Below, one piece after another: positions 38,669 to 48,325 of a stretch of DNA of 64,000 bases. Origin of the DNA: Longimicrobiales bacterium. Its GTDB lineage: Bacteria > Gemmatimonadota > Gemmatimonadetes > Longimicrobiales > Gaopeijiaceae. The position numbers and the translations under genes were made by a program. The notes under the pieces are model-generated. The model did not search any database. It was not told the DNA's origin and was given only the letters and a program-made list of their open reading frames with translations. The stretch spans positions 1 through 64,000 of the forward strand of contig JAWLHJ010000005.1 of NCBI GenBank assembly GCA_041690395.1, given 5' to 3'. The first letter of the stretch is position 1; each line of letters starts with the position of its first letter.

Positions 38669-41600
38669 AACAGAACATCGCCGGGCGCCTGGCCGGCGCG
38701 TTCATGGAGTCCAAGCTCACACCGTTGCTCATGGCTGCGGCGTTGGGCGTGGGCGCGTGGACCCTGGCCACCATGGCGTCGGAAGAAGAGCCGCAGATCA
38801 TCGTGCCTCTCGCGGACATCTACCTCCCCATGCCGGGCGCTTCACCGACCGAGGTGGAGAATCGGGTACTGGTGCCGCTGGAGAGCGTGCTCTCCGGTAT
38901 CGAGGGAGTCGAGTACGTCTATACGCACGCCGAGTCGGGCTTCGGGCTCGCGACGGTGCGGTACGAGGTGGGCCGGGACATGGAGGAGAGTCTGGTCCAG
39001 CTCCACAGCACGCTCATGAAGAACGCGGACCGGATGCCGCCCGGACTCGGCTTCCCGATGGTGAAGACCGTGACCATCGACGACGTGCCCTTCTTCAGCG
39101 CCACGCTGCACGGCGGTGATATCGGGGGTGCGGAGCTGCGTGCCGCGGCCGACGAGCTGAAGACGGCGCTGGAGGCCGTGCCCGAAGTGCGGGCCGTCCA
39201 GGTCATCGGGGGCCAGACGCGCGAGGTGCGGGTAGAGCTCGATCCCGAGCGCCTGGCGCTGTACGGCATCGATCCGCTTCAGGTCGCGGAACGGCTGCGC
39301 CTGGAGAACATGGAGCTGCAGTCGGGCACGTACACGCGGAACGACGAGGTCGTGCGCGTCACGACGGGTGGGTTCCTGCGCAACGCCGACGACGTGGAGC
39401 AGGTCGTGCTCGACGTGCGCGACGGCGCGCTCGTGCAGGTGCGTGACGTCGCCCGGGTCGTGGACGGCCCGGCCGAGGTGACCGACTACACGCTGCACGC
39501 CGAGGGCGGAAGCGCGTGGGTGCCGATGGTATCGGTGGCCGTGTCCAAGCGGCCGGGCGCCGACGCGACGGCGCTGGGCCGCGCGCTCGAACAGCGCCTC
39601 GAGGAGGCCCACGGGCGGATCGTCCCGTCGGACGTCTCCGTGGAGATTTCCCGGAACTACGGTGAGACCGCGCGCCACAAGGTGGTGACGCTCCAGGAGC
39701 ACCTCGTCATGGCCGTGCTCGCCGTGGGCCTGGTCATCCTGCTCACCATGGGATGGCGGAGCGCCGTCGTCGTGATGGTCGCCGTGCCGGTAACCTTCGC
39801 CCTGACGCTCTTCGTCTACCAGATCTTCGGATACACGCTGAACCGGGTGACCCTGTTCGCCCTCATCTTCGTGACCGGCATCGTGATCGACGACTCGATC
39901 ATCGTCGCCGAGAACATGGAGCGGCACTTCTCCATGAAGGATCGGCCCCTCAAGGCCGCGGCCCGGGCGGCCGTGGACGAGGTCGGCAACCCCACCATCC
40001 TCGCGACGCTGACCGTCATCGCGGCGGTCCTACCCATGTTGTTCGTGGGCGGCCTGATGGGACCGTACATGAGCCCCATGCCCATCGGCGCCACCGTGGC
40101 CATGCTCTTCAGTCTGGCCGTCGCCCTCATGATCACGCCCTGGCTCGCGTTCCGCCTGCTCGGGAAGGGACACGAGAAGGACGAGGGTGAGGCGTACGTG
40201 CTGGAGCGCACCAAGATCTACGTGACGTACGAGAAGATCATGCGGCCCCTCCTGGAGAAGCCCGCCAGGATGTGGGGTGCCCTCGGCGTGATCGGGCTGC
40301 TCCTGCTCGGAGCCGGCGGGATGTTCCTCACGCGGTCCGTGACCGTGAAGATGCTCCCGTTCGACGACAAGAACGAAGTACAGGTCATCTTCGACATGCC
40401 CGAGGGCACGCCGCTCGAGACCACGCTCGCGCTCGCGCAGGACGTGGGTCGAGCCATCGGGCAGGTGCCCGAAGTGGCCGACGTCCAGCTGTACGCCGGT
40501 ACGGCGGCTCCGTTCAACTTCAACGGCATGATCCGACACTACTACCTGCGCTCCGGTCCGAACGTGGCGGACTTGCAGGTGAACCTGGTCGACAAGTCGG
40601 AACGGTCGGCCCAGAGCCATGACGTCGCGCGGGCGCTTCGGCCCCTCGTCGACGAGATCGTGGCGGCATCCGGGACGGGGGCGAGCGCGAAGATCGTCGA
40701 AGTGCCGCCGGGACCGCCGGTGCTCTCCACGCTGGTCGCGGAGATCTACGGCGACGACCCGGTGGAGCGGGAGCGCGTGGCCCGCGAGGTCATGCGCCGC
40801 TTCGAGGAGCACCCGGACGTGGTCGACGTCGATTGGTCGCTCACCGTCCCGCAGCGCGAGGTGAGGCTGGAGGTCGACGCCGAGAAGGCCGCGCTCTCCG
40901 GCGTGGCGAAGGAGCAGGTGGTCGGCGCCGTGCGGCTCGCGTTGGCCGGCGACGTGCCGACGTATCTGTCGGTGCCCGAGGCGCGGACTCCGGTCCCGCT
41001 CCGGGTACGGCTCGCCGAGGCCGACCGCTCGGGGATCGAGCGGTTGTCCAGGGTCCAACTCGGCTCGCGTCTCGGGACGACGGTCCCGGCGTCCGAGCTC
41101 GTCCGCACCGTGGACGGGACGTCCGACCAGGTCATCGACCGCAAGAACGGTCGCCAGGTCGTGTACGTGACCGCGGAAGTCGCGGGTGAGGAGGAGAGCC
41201 CGGTGTACGCGATCCTCGACCTGGAGAAGGAGCTCGACGGTATCGAGCTCGAGGGCGGTGGCACGCTCGGGCGGCTGTTCGCCCGGGAGCCTCTGTCGAC
41301 GGACCGACCCGTCATGAAGTGGGACGGCGAGTGGCAGATCACGTACGAGGTCTTCCGGGATCTCGGGATCGCGTTCGCCGGCGCGCTCGTGCTGATCTAC
41401 GTGCTGATCGTGGCCTGGTTCGGCTCTTTCTCGACGCCGCTCGTCATGATGGCGGCGATTCCGCTGACATTGATCGGGATCGCGCCGGGGCACTGGGTCA
41501 TCGGTGCGTTCTTCACCGCCACGTCGATGATCGGCATGATCGCGCTCGCGGGCATCATGGTGCGAAACGGCATCCTGCTCATCGACTATCTGGAAGCGCG

Positions 41601-41856
41601 TACGCGCGCAGGGGTGCCGCTCGAGAAGGCGGTCATCGAGGCGGGCGCCGTACGGACGCGACCCATCGCGCTCACGGCCGGCACCGTGGTCATCGGCGCC
41701 ATCGTGATCCTGTTCGATCCGATCTTCCAAGGCCTCGCCGTGGCCCTCATCGCCGGCGCGATCGCTTCGACGGTGCTCACGCTCCTCGTCGTGCCGGGGA
41801 TCTACTACCTGGTGCGGCGTGGGCAGCAGACCCCATCTCCCTCTCCCACCGCCTGA
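38665..41856 (+). CDS. RND permease (AcrB/CusA family)
   Basis: GIVIDDSIIVAEN, RTRPIALT; about 1060 aa. Confidence 0.95.
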   Translation: MKQNIAGRLAGAFMESKLTPLLMAAALGVGAWTLATMASEEEPQIIVPLADIYLPMPGASPTEVENRVLVPLESVLSGIEGVEYVYTHAESGFGLATVRYEVGRDMEESLVQLHSTLMKNADRMPPGLGFPMVKTVTIDDVPFFSATLHGGDIGGAELRAAADELKTALEAVPEVRAVQVIGGQTREVRVELDPERLALYGIDPLQVAERLRLENMELQSGTYTRNDEVVRVTTGGFLRNADDVEQVVLDVRDGALVQVRDVARVVDGPAEVTDYTLHAEGGSAWVPMVSVAVSKRPGADATALGRALEQRLEEAHGRIVPSDVSVEISRNYGETARHKVVTLQEHLVMAVLAVGLVILLTMGWRSAVVVMVAVPVTFALTLFVYQIFGYTLNRVTLFALIFVTGIVIDDSIIVAENMERHFSMKDRPLKAAARAAVDEVGNPTILATLTVIAAVLPMLFVGGLMGPYMSPMPIGATVAMLFSLAVALMITPWLAFRLLGKGHEKDEGEAYVLERTKIYVTYEKIMRPLLEKPARMWGALGVIGLLLLGAGGMFLTRSVTVKMLPFDDKNEVQVIFDMPEGTPLETTLALAQDVGRAIGQVPEVADVQLYAGTAAPFNFNGMIRHYYLRSGPNVADLQVNLVDKSERSAQSHDVARALRPLVDEIVAASGTGASAKIVEVPPGPPVLSTLVAEIYGDDPVERERVAREVMRRFEEHPDVVDVDWSLTVPQREVRLEVDAEKAALSGVAKEQVVGAVRLALAGDVPTYLSVPEARTPVPLRVRLAEADRSGIERLSRVQLGSRLGTTVPASELVRTVDGTSDQVIDRKNGRQVVYVTAEVAGEEESPVYAILDLEKELDGIELEGGGTLGRLFAREPLSTDRPVMKWDGEWQITYEVFRDLGIAFAGALVLIYVLIVAWFGSFSTPLVMMAAIPLTLIGIAPGHWVIGAFFTATSMIGMIALAGIMVRNGILLIDYLEARTRAGVPLEKAVIEAGAVRTRPIALTAGTVVIGAIVILFDPIFQGLAVALIAGAIASTVLTLLVVPGIYYLVRRGQQTPSPSPTA

Positions 41857-41866
41857 GGAGGCGACC

Positions 41867-42175
41867 ATGAAGCTCGTGTTCCTGATGTACCTGGACGAAG
41901 ACGACGCCCTCGTCATGAAGGGCTTCAAGGAGCTCGGCGTCGCCGTGTTCAGCCGCCTCCCGCTGGAGGGCCATGGCGCGGGCGCCGAGGGCTGGTACGG
42001 AGAGGTCGCGCCGTACCGGTCGCAGATGGTGTTCGCCGTCCTGTCCGACGCCGAAGCCGAGAGACTGATGGACGCCGTGGCGGGATGGCCGGCCGGGCAG
42101 GACCCGAAGCATCCCGTGCGGGCGTTCCAGGTCGACGTCGAGAAGGCCGTATCACAAACCGGAGTCAAGCCATGA
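41867..42175 (+). CDS. P-II-like transporter-associated small protein
   Basis: Ferredoxin-like pattern, EGHG loop, AFQVDVE end. Confidence 0.6.
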   Translation: MKLVFLMYLDEDDALVMKGFKELGVAVFSRLPLEGHGAGAEGWYGEVAPYRSQMVFAVLSDAEAERLMDAVAGWPAGQDPKHPVRAFQVDVEKAVSQTGVKP

Positions 42176-42381
42176 CCATGGACCGAAAGATTCGCGCGAT
42201 CGCGGGTACCTTCATCCTACTGTCCCTCGCGTTGGGGACGTGGGTGAGCCCGTGGTGGTATCTGTTCACCGCCTTCGTCGGGGTGAACCTCATTCAGTCG
42301 GCGTTCACCCGGTGGTGCCTGATGGAGGATATCCTGCGCGCCACGGGCGTGCACAAGGGCGACGGCGCGCGGAGCTGCTGA
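42172..42381 (+). CDS. DUF2892 (YgaP-like) membrane protein
   Basis: IRAIAG...FVGVNLIQSAFTRWC. Confidence 0.88.
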   Translation: MTMDRKIRAIAGTFILLSLALGTWVSPWWYLFTAFVGVNLIQSAFTRWCLMEDILRATGVHKGDGARSC

Positions 42382-42405
42382 GGCGCCACGCTTCGCACCT
42401 CGGTG

Positions 42406-42431
42406 CGAAACCCCCGGGGCAGTTCGGCGTA
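42406..42431 (+). promoter_or_regulatory. Putative SigW-like ECF promoter upstream of clpP
   Basis: CGAAAC-N16-CGTA. Confidence 0.45.
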
Positions 42432-42451
42432 TGGGGAGGTGTTGCGGGCCT

Positions 42452-42480
42452 GGCGGGCCGCCCGATGTGGGCGGCCCGCC
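42452..42480. other. 12-bp perfect hairpin (terminator or 5' UTR structure)
   Basis: GGCGGGCCGCCC-GATGT-GGGCGGCCCGCC. Confidence 0.5.
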
Positions 42481-42516
42481 TGCGCTCTCCCCCATGTTCC
42501 GAGGACTCCAAAGACC

Positions 42517-43119
42517 ATGTCCGATCGCGCCCTGCCCGAAAACACGTCCCCGTCGAACCCGATGCGCGACTTCCCGTACGACTTCGTCGCCGAGCGGCTC
42601 TTCGAGGCCCGCACGGTGGTGATCACCGGCGAGGTCAACCAGAAGCTCGCCGCGTCGGTGATGTCGCAGCTCCTGGCGCTCACCAGCGAGTCCAACGACG
42701 ACATCACGATCTTCGTGAACTCCCAGGGGGGTCACGTGGAATCGGGCGATACCATTCACGACATGATCCGCTTCGTGGAGCCGCGCGTGCGCATGGTGGG
42801 CACCGGCTGGGTCGCGAGTGCCGGGGCGCTGATCTACGTATCGGTGCCCAAGGAAGACCGGTTCAGCCTCCCCAACACCCGCTTCCTGCTCCATCAGCCT
42901 TCGGGCGGGGCCGGCGGGGCCGCGAGCGATATCGAGATCGAGGCGCGAGAGATCCTCAAGATGCGCGACCGGCTGAACAGGGTGTTCGCTCGCGAGACCG
43001 GCCAGACGCTCGAGCAGATCGAGGAGGACACCCGACGGAACTTCTGGCTCGATGCCGAGTCGGCCGTCGACTACGGGCTCGTGGGCAAGATCATCCAGAA
43101 ACAGTCCGAGATCGTCTGA
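42517..43119 (+). CDS. clpP: ATP-dependent Clp protease proteolytic subunit (paralog)
   Basis: NSQGG, VASAG, LHQPSGG. Confidence 0.93.
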   Translation: MSDRALPENTSPSNPMRDFPYDFVAERLFEARTVVITGEVNQKLAASVMSQLLALTSESNDDITIFVNSQGGHVESGDTIHDMIRFVEPRVRMVGTGWVASAGALIYVSVPKEDRFSLPNTRFLLHQPSGGAGGAASDIEIEAREILKMRDRLNRVFARETGQTLEQIEEDTRRNFWLDAESAVDYGLVGKIIQKQSEIV

Positions 43120-43205
43120 CGCGGCCGGGCCCCGGCGTCACGATTCGGGGGCTCGCTCGTCTTATCGGGTGTAGAAACCCTGATCGCCCGAAACGGGACA
43201 GACTC

Positions 43206-44474
43206 ATGCGATCTCGCACCCTATCATCGACCGCCGCCGCCCTGGTGCTTCTCGTCACGGCCTGCTCGGACCCTGCGGGCCCTACCGACATCCAGCCGAT
43301 CACCCAGCTGCCGCGTAGCCTGAGCGTCGCGGAGCAGGAGGTCATCGCCCGTTCCAACGCCTTTGGCCTCGAACTCCTGAGAGCGGTGGTGGCGGGCGAC
43401 GAGCGGCCCAACGTCGTGCTCTCCCCGCTCAGCGCTTCCATGGCGCTCGGCATGACACTGAACGGAGCGCGAGCCGGCACGTTCGACGCCATGAGCACGT
43501 CGCTCGGCTTCGATGGGCTGGGCCAGAACGAGATCAACGATTCGTATCGCGATCTGATCGAGATGCTGACCAGCCTCGATCCGAACGTCCGCTTCCGGAT
43601 CGCCAACGCGATCTTCGCCAACGAGAACATCACGTTCCGGGACGCGTTCTTCGCCGCCGTCCGCGATGCCTTCGACGCCGAGGCCGCCGCGCGCGACTTC
43701 GCGGACCCCGCCACCCTCGTGGAGATCAACGCGTGGGTGGACGAGCAGACCGAGGGCCTGATCGAGCGCATTCTGGACGATCTCGATCCTGAGCTGGCGA
43801 TGCTTCTGCTGAACGCGATTTACTTCGAGGGCGCCTGGACTACACAGTTCGATCCGGAGGACACCGCCCCCGGCACCTTCGAGACGATCGACGGCGGCAC
43901 CGTATCCGTGCCGATGATGAAGATGACCGAGGCCGAGGTCGCGCTCGGCGGGGGCGCCGGGTACCAGGTGGCGGAGCTGCCGTATGGGGGAGGGGCGTTC
44001 GCGATGACGCTGGTGGTTCCTGCCCAGGACCCGCGCGACTTCGTCGCCGGCCTCACCGACGCGCGCTGGAACGAGATCACTGGGAGTCTCGGCGAGCCGT
44101 CCGACATCGATCTGTTGTCGATCCCGAAGCTGAAGCTCTCCTACGACACCTTCCTCAACGACGCGCTCCGCGAGATGGGCATGGGGGTGGCGTTCACGGA
44201 CCAGGCCGACTTCTCCGGGATGACCGAGGAGGTCGCCCTCTGCGTGGACTTCGTGCGCCAGAAGACCTTCCTCGAGGTGGACGAGGTGGGGACGAAGGCG
44301 GCCGCGGTCACGGCCGTGGGTATCCGGCCGACCTCGTTCATCGGGCTCGTGGCCGACCGCCCGTTCGTGCTGGCGATCCGGGAGCGCCTGTCGGGCACGA
44401 TCCTGTTCATGGGGCTGGTGGGTGACCCCTCCGTCGAAGAGGCAGGTGAGCCGGAGCCCCAGCAAGGGTGCTGA
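43206..44474 (+). CDS. Serpin lipoprotein
   Basis: Lipobox VTAC, NVVLSPLS, NAIYFEGAW, hinge EVGTKAAAVT, ADRPF. Confidence 0.93.
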   Translation: MRSRTLSSTAAALVLLVTACSDPAGPTDIQPITQLPRSLSVAEQEVIARSNAFGLELLRAVVAGDERPNVVLSPLSASMALGMTLNGARAGTFDAMSTSLGFDGLGQNEINDSYRDLIEMLTSLDPNVRFRIANAIFANENITFRDAFFAAVRDAFDAEAAARDFADPATLVEINAWVDEQTEGLIERILDDLDPELAMLLLNAIYFEGAWTTQFDPEDTAPGTFETIDGGTVSVPMMKMTEAEVALGGGAGYQVAELPYGGGAFAMTLVVPAQDPRDFVAGLTDARWNEITGSLGEPSDIDLLSIPKLKLSYDTFLNDALREMGMGVAFTDQADFSGMTEEVALCVDFVRQKTFLEVDEVGTKAAAVTAVGIRPTSFIGLVADRPFVLAIRERLSGTILFMGLVGDPSVEEAGEPEPQQGC

Positions 44475-44492
44475 GGCTCCGGCTCGTCGCCG

Positions 44493-45146
44493 CTACTCGA
44501 CCCGGATGATGCCGGTCATCCCCTGCGCTTGATGGGGGATACAGTAGTAGGGGAACTCACCCGTGTCGTCGAAGGTGTGCTCGAAGACGGCGCCCTGGGT
44601 TCCGAGGGCAGCGCTCGACCATTCCGTGTGACCGTCCGGAGTGACCGTATGGTCGACGCCGTCGCCGTTGATCCAGCGTACCGTGGTCCCGGGGCTGATG
44701 GTGACGTCGGCGGGCGAGAATGACGTGCCGCTCAAGGTGATCTCGACGACCTCGCCCGGGTCGTCGTCGACGAGCTCGAAGGTCAAGGGGGCCGTCGCGC
44801 CCGCGGTGACCTCAACGCTCTTCCGGGCCTCCTCGCCCTCGGCGAGGGAGTAGCCGTCGGGGACCGTGATCTCGACGTCGTGTGTGCCCGCCGGCACGTT
44901 GGCGAACGAGGTGAGGCCGTCGCTTCCGGTGGGCTGGGTGGCGGTCGCGGTGCTTCCGCCGCCCGCGAACAGCCGGGTCGTGACGCCGGGCCTCGCCGCA
45001 CCATCCGCCGTGACCGTGACGCGAACCGTCCCGGTCGTGGGTGGGTCGGTCGTGCCCCCGTTGCCGTTGTCGCTTCCTCCGCAACCGAGCGCCAGGAGTG
45101 TGGCGAGCACTGTCGCGCCGGCCTTCGAACGTTGGATGGGCGTCAT
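44493..45146 (-). CDS. Lipoprotein with C-terminal cupredoxin (plastocyanin-like) domain
   Basis: LGC lipobox; HTV and YYCIPHQAQGM type-1 copper ligands. Confidence 0.9.
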   Translation of the reverse strand: MTPIQRSKAGATVLATLLALGCGGSDNGNGGTTDPPTTGTVRVTVTADGAARPGVTTRLFAGGGSTATATQPTGSDGLTSFANVPAGTHDVEITVPDGYSLAEGEEARKSVEVTAGATAPLTFELVDDDPGEVVEITLSGTSFSPADVTISPGTTVRWINGDGVDHTVTPDGHTEWSSAALGTQGAVFEHTFDDTGEFPYYCIPHQAQGMTGIIRVE

Positions 45147-45261
45147 GGTCCCTCCATGTGATTGAAGATTGAATCGTAGTCTTCGATCAACATGAGGGAC
45201 TCGTATCGTTAGCGCAAACCTGAAATATGCTAACGATTGTGATCGTATGTGGGGCTCGGAG

Positions 45262-45732
45262 CTATCCTTCTTGCGGCTGGGTGCCGTTCGGGCCCGGGAG
45301 CTCGCTCTTCGCGGTGCTGAGCACGATGGTGGTCCGTGTGGACGCGACCGGCGGGAGCGGCTGAATCTTCTCGTCCAGCAGCCGGCCGAGCGCGCTGGTG
45401 TCCTCGACGCGGAGCTTCAGGAAGAAGCAGTCCTCGCCGACCACCCGGTGGACCTCGAGAACTTCCGGAATGGAAGCGAGCAGCTCGCCGGTTTCTTTCG
45501 CGCGGGCTCCCTCGCCCGTCTGCACGGCGACGAAGGCGAGGAGCCCCTTCTTCACGGCCTTCGGATTCAAATGGGCGCGATACGCCTCGATGACCCCGGA
45601 GTCCTCGAGCTTCTTGATACGCTGGGACACCGCCGAGGGCGTGATGCCGACCTCACGCCCGATCGCCGCGTTCGCGATGCGCGCGTTGTCCTGGAGGAGG
45701 GCGAGGATGCGGAGATCCAGTTCGTCGAGCAT
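45262..45732 (-). CDS. Lrp/AsnC-family regulator
   Basis: LDELDLRILALLQDNAR...RIKKLEDSGVI. Confidence 0.93.
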   Translation of the reverse strand: MLDELDLRILALLQDNARIANAAIGREVGITPSAVSQRIKKLEDSGVIEAYRAHLNPKAVKKGLLAFVAVQTGEGARAKETGELLASIPEVLEVHRVVGEDCFFLKLRVEDTSALGRLLDEKIQPLPPVASTRTTIVLSTAKSELPGPNGTQPQEG

Positions 45733-45772
45733 GGGAGAAAGGTACTACGTTGGAAACGCGAGGAGGATGATC

Positions 45773-46045
45773 ATGTCAGAGCCCAAGATCGAGTTGGTGT
45801 ACTTCGACGGTTGCCCGAACGCGGGGCCTGCGAGGGCGAATCTCGCCTCCGTGCTGGAGCCGGGCTCCTGGGTCGAGTGGAATCTCGCGGCCGAGGACAC
45901 ACCGGAGCACTTCCGGCGCTTCGGCTCCCCGACCGTGCTCGTCGACGGCATGGACATCACCGGCGCGGACGGCGGCAACGCGGCCATGGCGTGCCGCGCC
46001 GACGGAGCTCCGTCCGTGGAGATGATCAGGCGGGCCCTGTTCTGA
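45773..46045 (+). CDS. Small thioredoxin-fold protein (YFDGCPN / GSPT / ACR type)
   Basis: AGGAGG RBS; motifs as named. Confidence 0.75.
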   Translation: MSEPKIELVYFDGCPNAGPARANLASVLEPGSWVEWNLAAEDTPEHFRRFGSPTVLVDGMDITGADGGNAAMACRADGAPSVEMIRRALF

Positions 46046-46132
46046 CGCTCGCCGCGCCTTGCTCGGCGCACGTCCCCTCGCCTAAGATCTGAACCCCGAT
46101 CGGTGAGCGGCTTGAGACCCGGAGGAGCCCGT

Positions 46133-48211
46133 ATGCCAGCGGCCAGAGAGTACCCCACGGAGCGCATCCGCAACATCGCCGTGCTGGGACACGGCGGCTC
46201 CGGCAAGTCGAGCTTGGTGGACGCGCTCTGCTTCGTAGCCGGGACCTCGAAGCGCCGGGGTAGTGTGGACGACGGCAACGCGCTCACCATGCACACCCCC
46301 GAGGAGCTCGCGCACGGGATCTCGATCCAGCTCACGCCGGCGTTCGCCGAGCATCTGGATACCAAGATCAACCTGCTCGACACCCCCGGATACCAGGACT
46401 TCTCGGGAGAGACGCTGTCCGCCGTGCGCGTGGCGGACGCCGCCATCATCGTGGTGAGCGCCACGGCCGGCGTCGAGGTGGGAACCGAGCGGGTGTGGCG
46501 CTACTGCGAGGAACGTGGCATCCCCAGGATCTTCTTCGTGTCGCAGATGGACCGGGACAACGCCGACTTCGACCGGGCGTTCCGGCAGATCAAGGGCCGG
46601 CTCGCTTCGGGTGCCCTCCCCGTCGAGATCCCGATCGGAGAGGGGTCGGACTTTCACGGCATCATCAACCTCTTCAGCGAGAAGGCCCACATCTACAGCG
46701 CGGGAACCCAGACGGGTGAGTACGACATCCAGGAGATCCCCGAGGCGCTGGCCGACAAGGAAGCGCGCTGGGAGACCGAGCTCCAGGAGGCGCTGGCCAC
46801 CACCGACGAGAGCCTGCTGGAGTCGTACCTCGAGGGTGGACACATCACCCGCGACGAGGCGGTCGAGGCAATGGCCCGAGCCATGGGCCGGCTCGAGACG
46901 TTCCCGGTGTTCTGTGGCTCGTCCGCGAGCAGCTACGGTATCCGGGCGCTGCTGAAGAAGCTGGTCGAGCTCTGCCCGAGCCCGAAGGAAGCGGTCCCGG
47001 AGATCGTGGACGGAGATCCGCTCCTGACGACGGACGACGGACCGCTCGCGGCACTCGTGTTCAAGACGGCCGCCGAGCCCCACGTCGGCGAGCTGTCCTA
47101 CTTCCGGATCTTCTCCGGGTCGGTGTCGAACGGCGACGAGGTGGTGAACGCCTCCGACGGGCAGCCGGAGAAGCTGAACCACCTCGCGGTGCCGATGGGG
47201 CGCGACCGGATCGAGGTGCCCAGGCTGCACGCGGGTGACATCGGAGTCATCGCGAAGCTGAAGCACACACACACGAACGACACGCTCACGTCGAGGGGAG
47301 CGCGGAGAGAGCTCGAGCCGATCGCGTTCCCGGCCGCGGACATCGCTATCGCCATCAAGGGGAAGACCCGCGCCGACGAGGACAAGCTCGGGGAGGTGAT
47401 CCCGAAGCTCCACGAAGAGGACCCGACCTTCTCGGCTGCGTTCAACCCGGAGCTGCATCAGACGATCGCGCGCGGGGTCGGCGAGCTCCACCTCGACATC
47501 CAGTTCGAGCGGATGGCCCGCAAATACGGCGTGAAGGTCGAGACGGAGGCACCGAAGATCGCCTACCGCGAGACGATCACCGCCGAGGCGAGCGGACAGG
47601 GCCGGCACAAGAAGCAGTCGGGAGGGCGCGGCCAGTTCGGCGACTGCAGGATCCGGCTGTCACCGGCGCCGCGCGGGTCGGGCTACACCTTCGTGGACGC
47701 CATCAAGGGCGGTGTGATTCCGTCGAAGTACCTGCCGTCGGTGGACCGGGGCATCCAGGAGGCGGCGGAGCGGGGGATCGTGGCCGGCTATCCGGTGGTG
47801 GACTTCACCGCGGAGTGCTTCGACGGCTCGTACCACGCGGTCGACTCGTCCGACATCGCCTTCAAGCTCGCCGGGTCGCAGGCGTTCCGGACCGTGGCCG
47901 AGCAGTGCCGCCCGGTGTTGCTGGAGCCGGTCGTGGAGGTGGCGGTGGTGACCCCCGACGAGTACGTCGGCGACATCATGGGCGACCTCACTTCGCGGCG
48001 CGGCAAGGTGCAGGGGATGGAGCCGGAGGACGGTCGCACGACGGTCCGGGCCATCGTGCCGGAAGCGGAGTTGTACAAGTACGCGGCTACACTCCGGTCC
48101 ATGACGCAGGGGCGCGCGCACCACACGCGGGCCCACGCCGGGTACGAGCAGGCCCCCGATCACGTGGCGCAGAAGGTGCGGAAGGAGCGGGAGGCCGCGC
48201 TCAGCGCTTAG
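46133..48211 (+). CDS. Elongation factor G paralog (EF-G2-like)
   Basis: GHGGSGKS, DTPG, KKQSGGRGQFG, DGSYHAVDSS. Confidence 0.92.
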   Translation: MPAAREYPTERIRNIAVLGHGGSGKSSLVDALCFVAGTSKRRGSVDDGNALTMHTPEELAHGISIQLTPAFAEHLDTKINLLDTPGYQDFSGETLSAVRVADAAIIVVSATAGVEVGTERVWRYCEERGIPRIFFVSQMDRDNADFDRAFRQIKGRLASGALPVEIPIGEGSDFHGIINLFSEKAHIYSAGTQTGEYDIQEIPEALADKEARWETELQEALATTDESLLESYLEGGHITRDEAVEAMARAMGRLETFPVFCGSSASSYGIRALLKKLVELCPSPKEAVPEIVDGDPLLTTDDGPLAALVFKTAAEPHVGELSYFRIFSGSVSNGDEVVNASDGQPEKLNHLAVPMGRDRIEVPRLHAGDIGVIAKLKHTHTNDTLTSRGARRELEPIAFPAADIAIAIKGKTRADEDKLGEVIPKLHEEDPTFSAAFNPELHQTIARGVGELHLDIQFERMARKYGVKVETEAPKIAYRETITAEASGQGRHKKQSGGRGQFGDCRIRLSPAPRGSGYTFVDAIKGGVIPSKYLPSVDRGIQEAAERGIVAGYPVVDFTAECFDGSYHAVDSSDIAFKLAGSQAFRTVAEQCRPVLLEPVVEVAVVTPDEYVGDIMGDLTSRRGKVQGMEPEDGRTTVRAIVPEAELYKYAATLRSMTQGRAHHTRAHAGYEQAPDHVAQKVRKEREAALSA

Positions 48212-48325
48212 TGTGGCCTCGGGCCGCACCACGCTGGCCGTTGTCACGAGGGCGCGTCACGCCATATTACTGGCCGGATCCGTCGATTGGACGGTCGTAC
48301 CTGCAATACCCCTACGGGAGCCGTG

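Noticed and set aside
42240..43205. Apparent 320-aa N-terminal extension of the serpin
   Set aside because: Overlaps clpP in another frame; the signal peptide starts at 43206.
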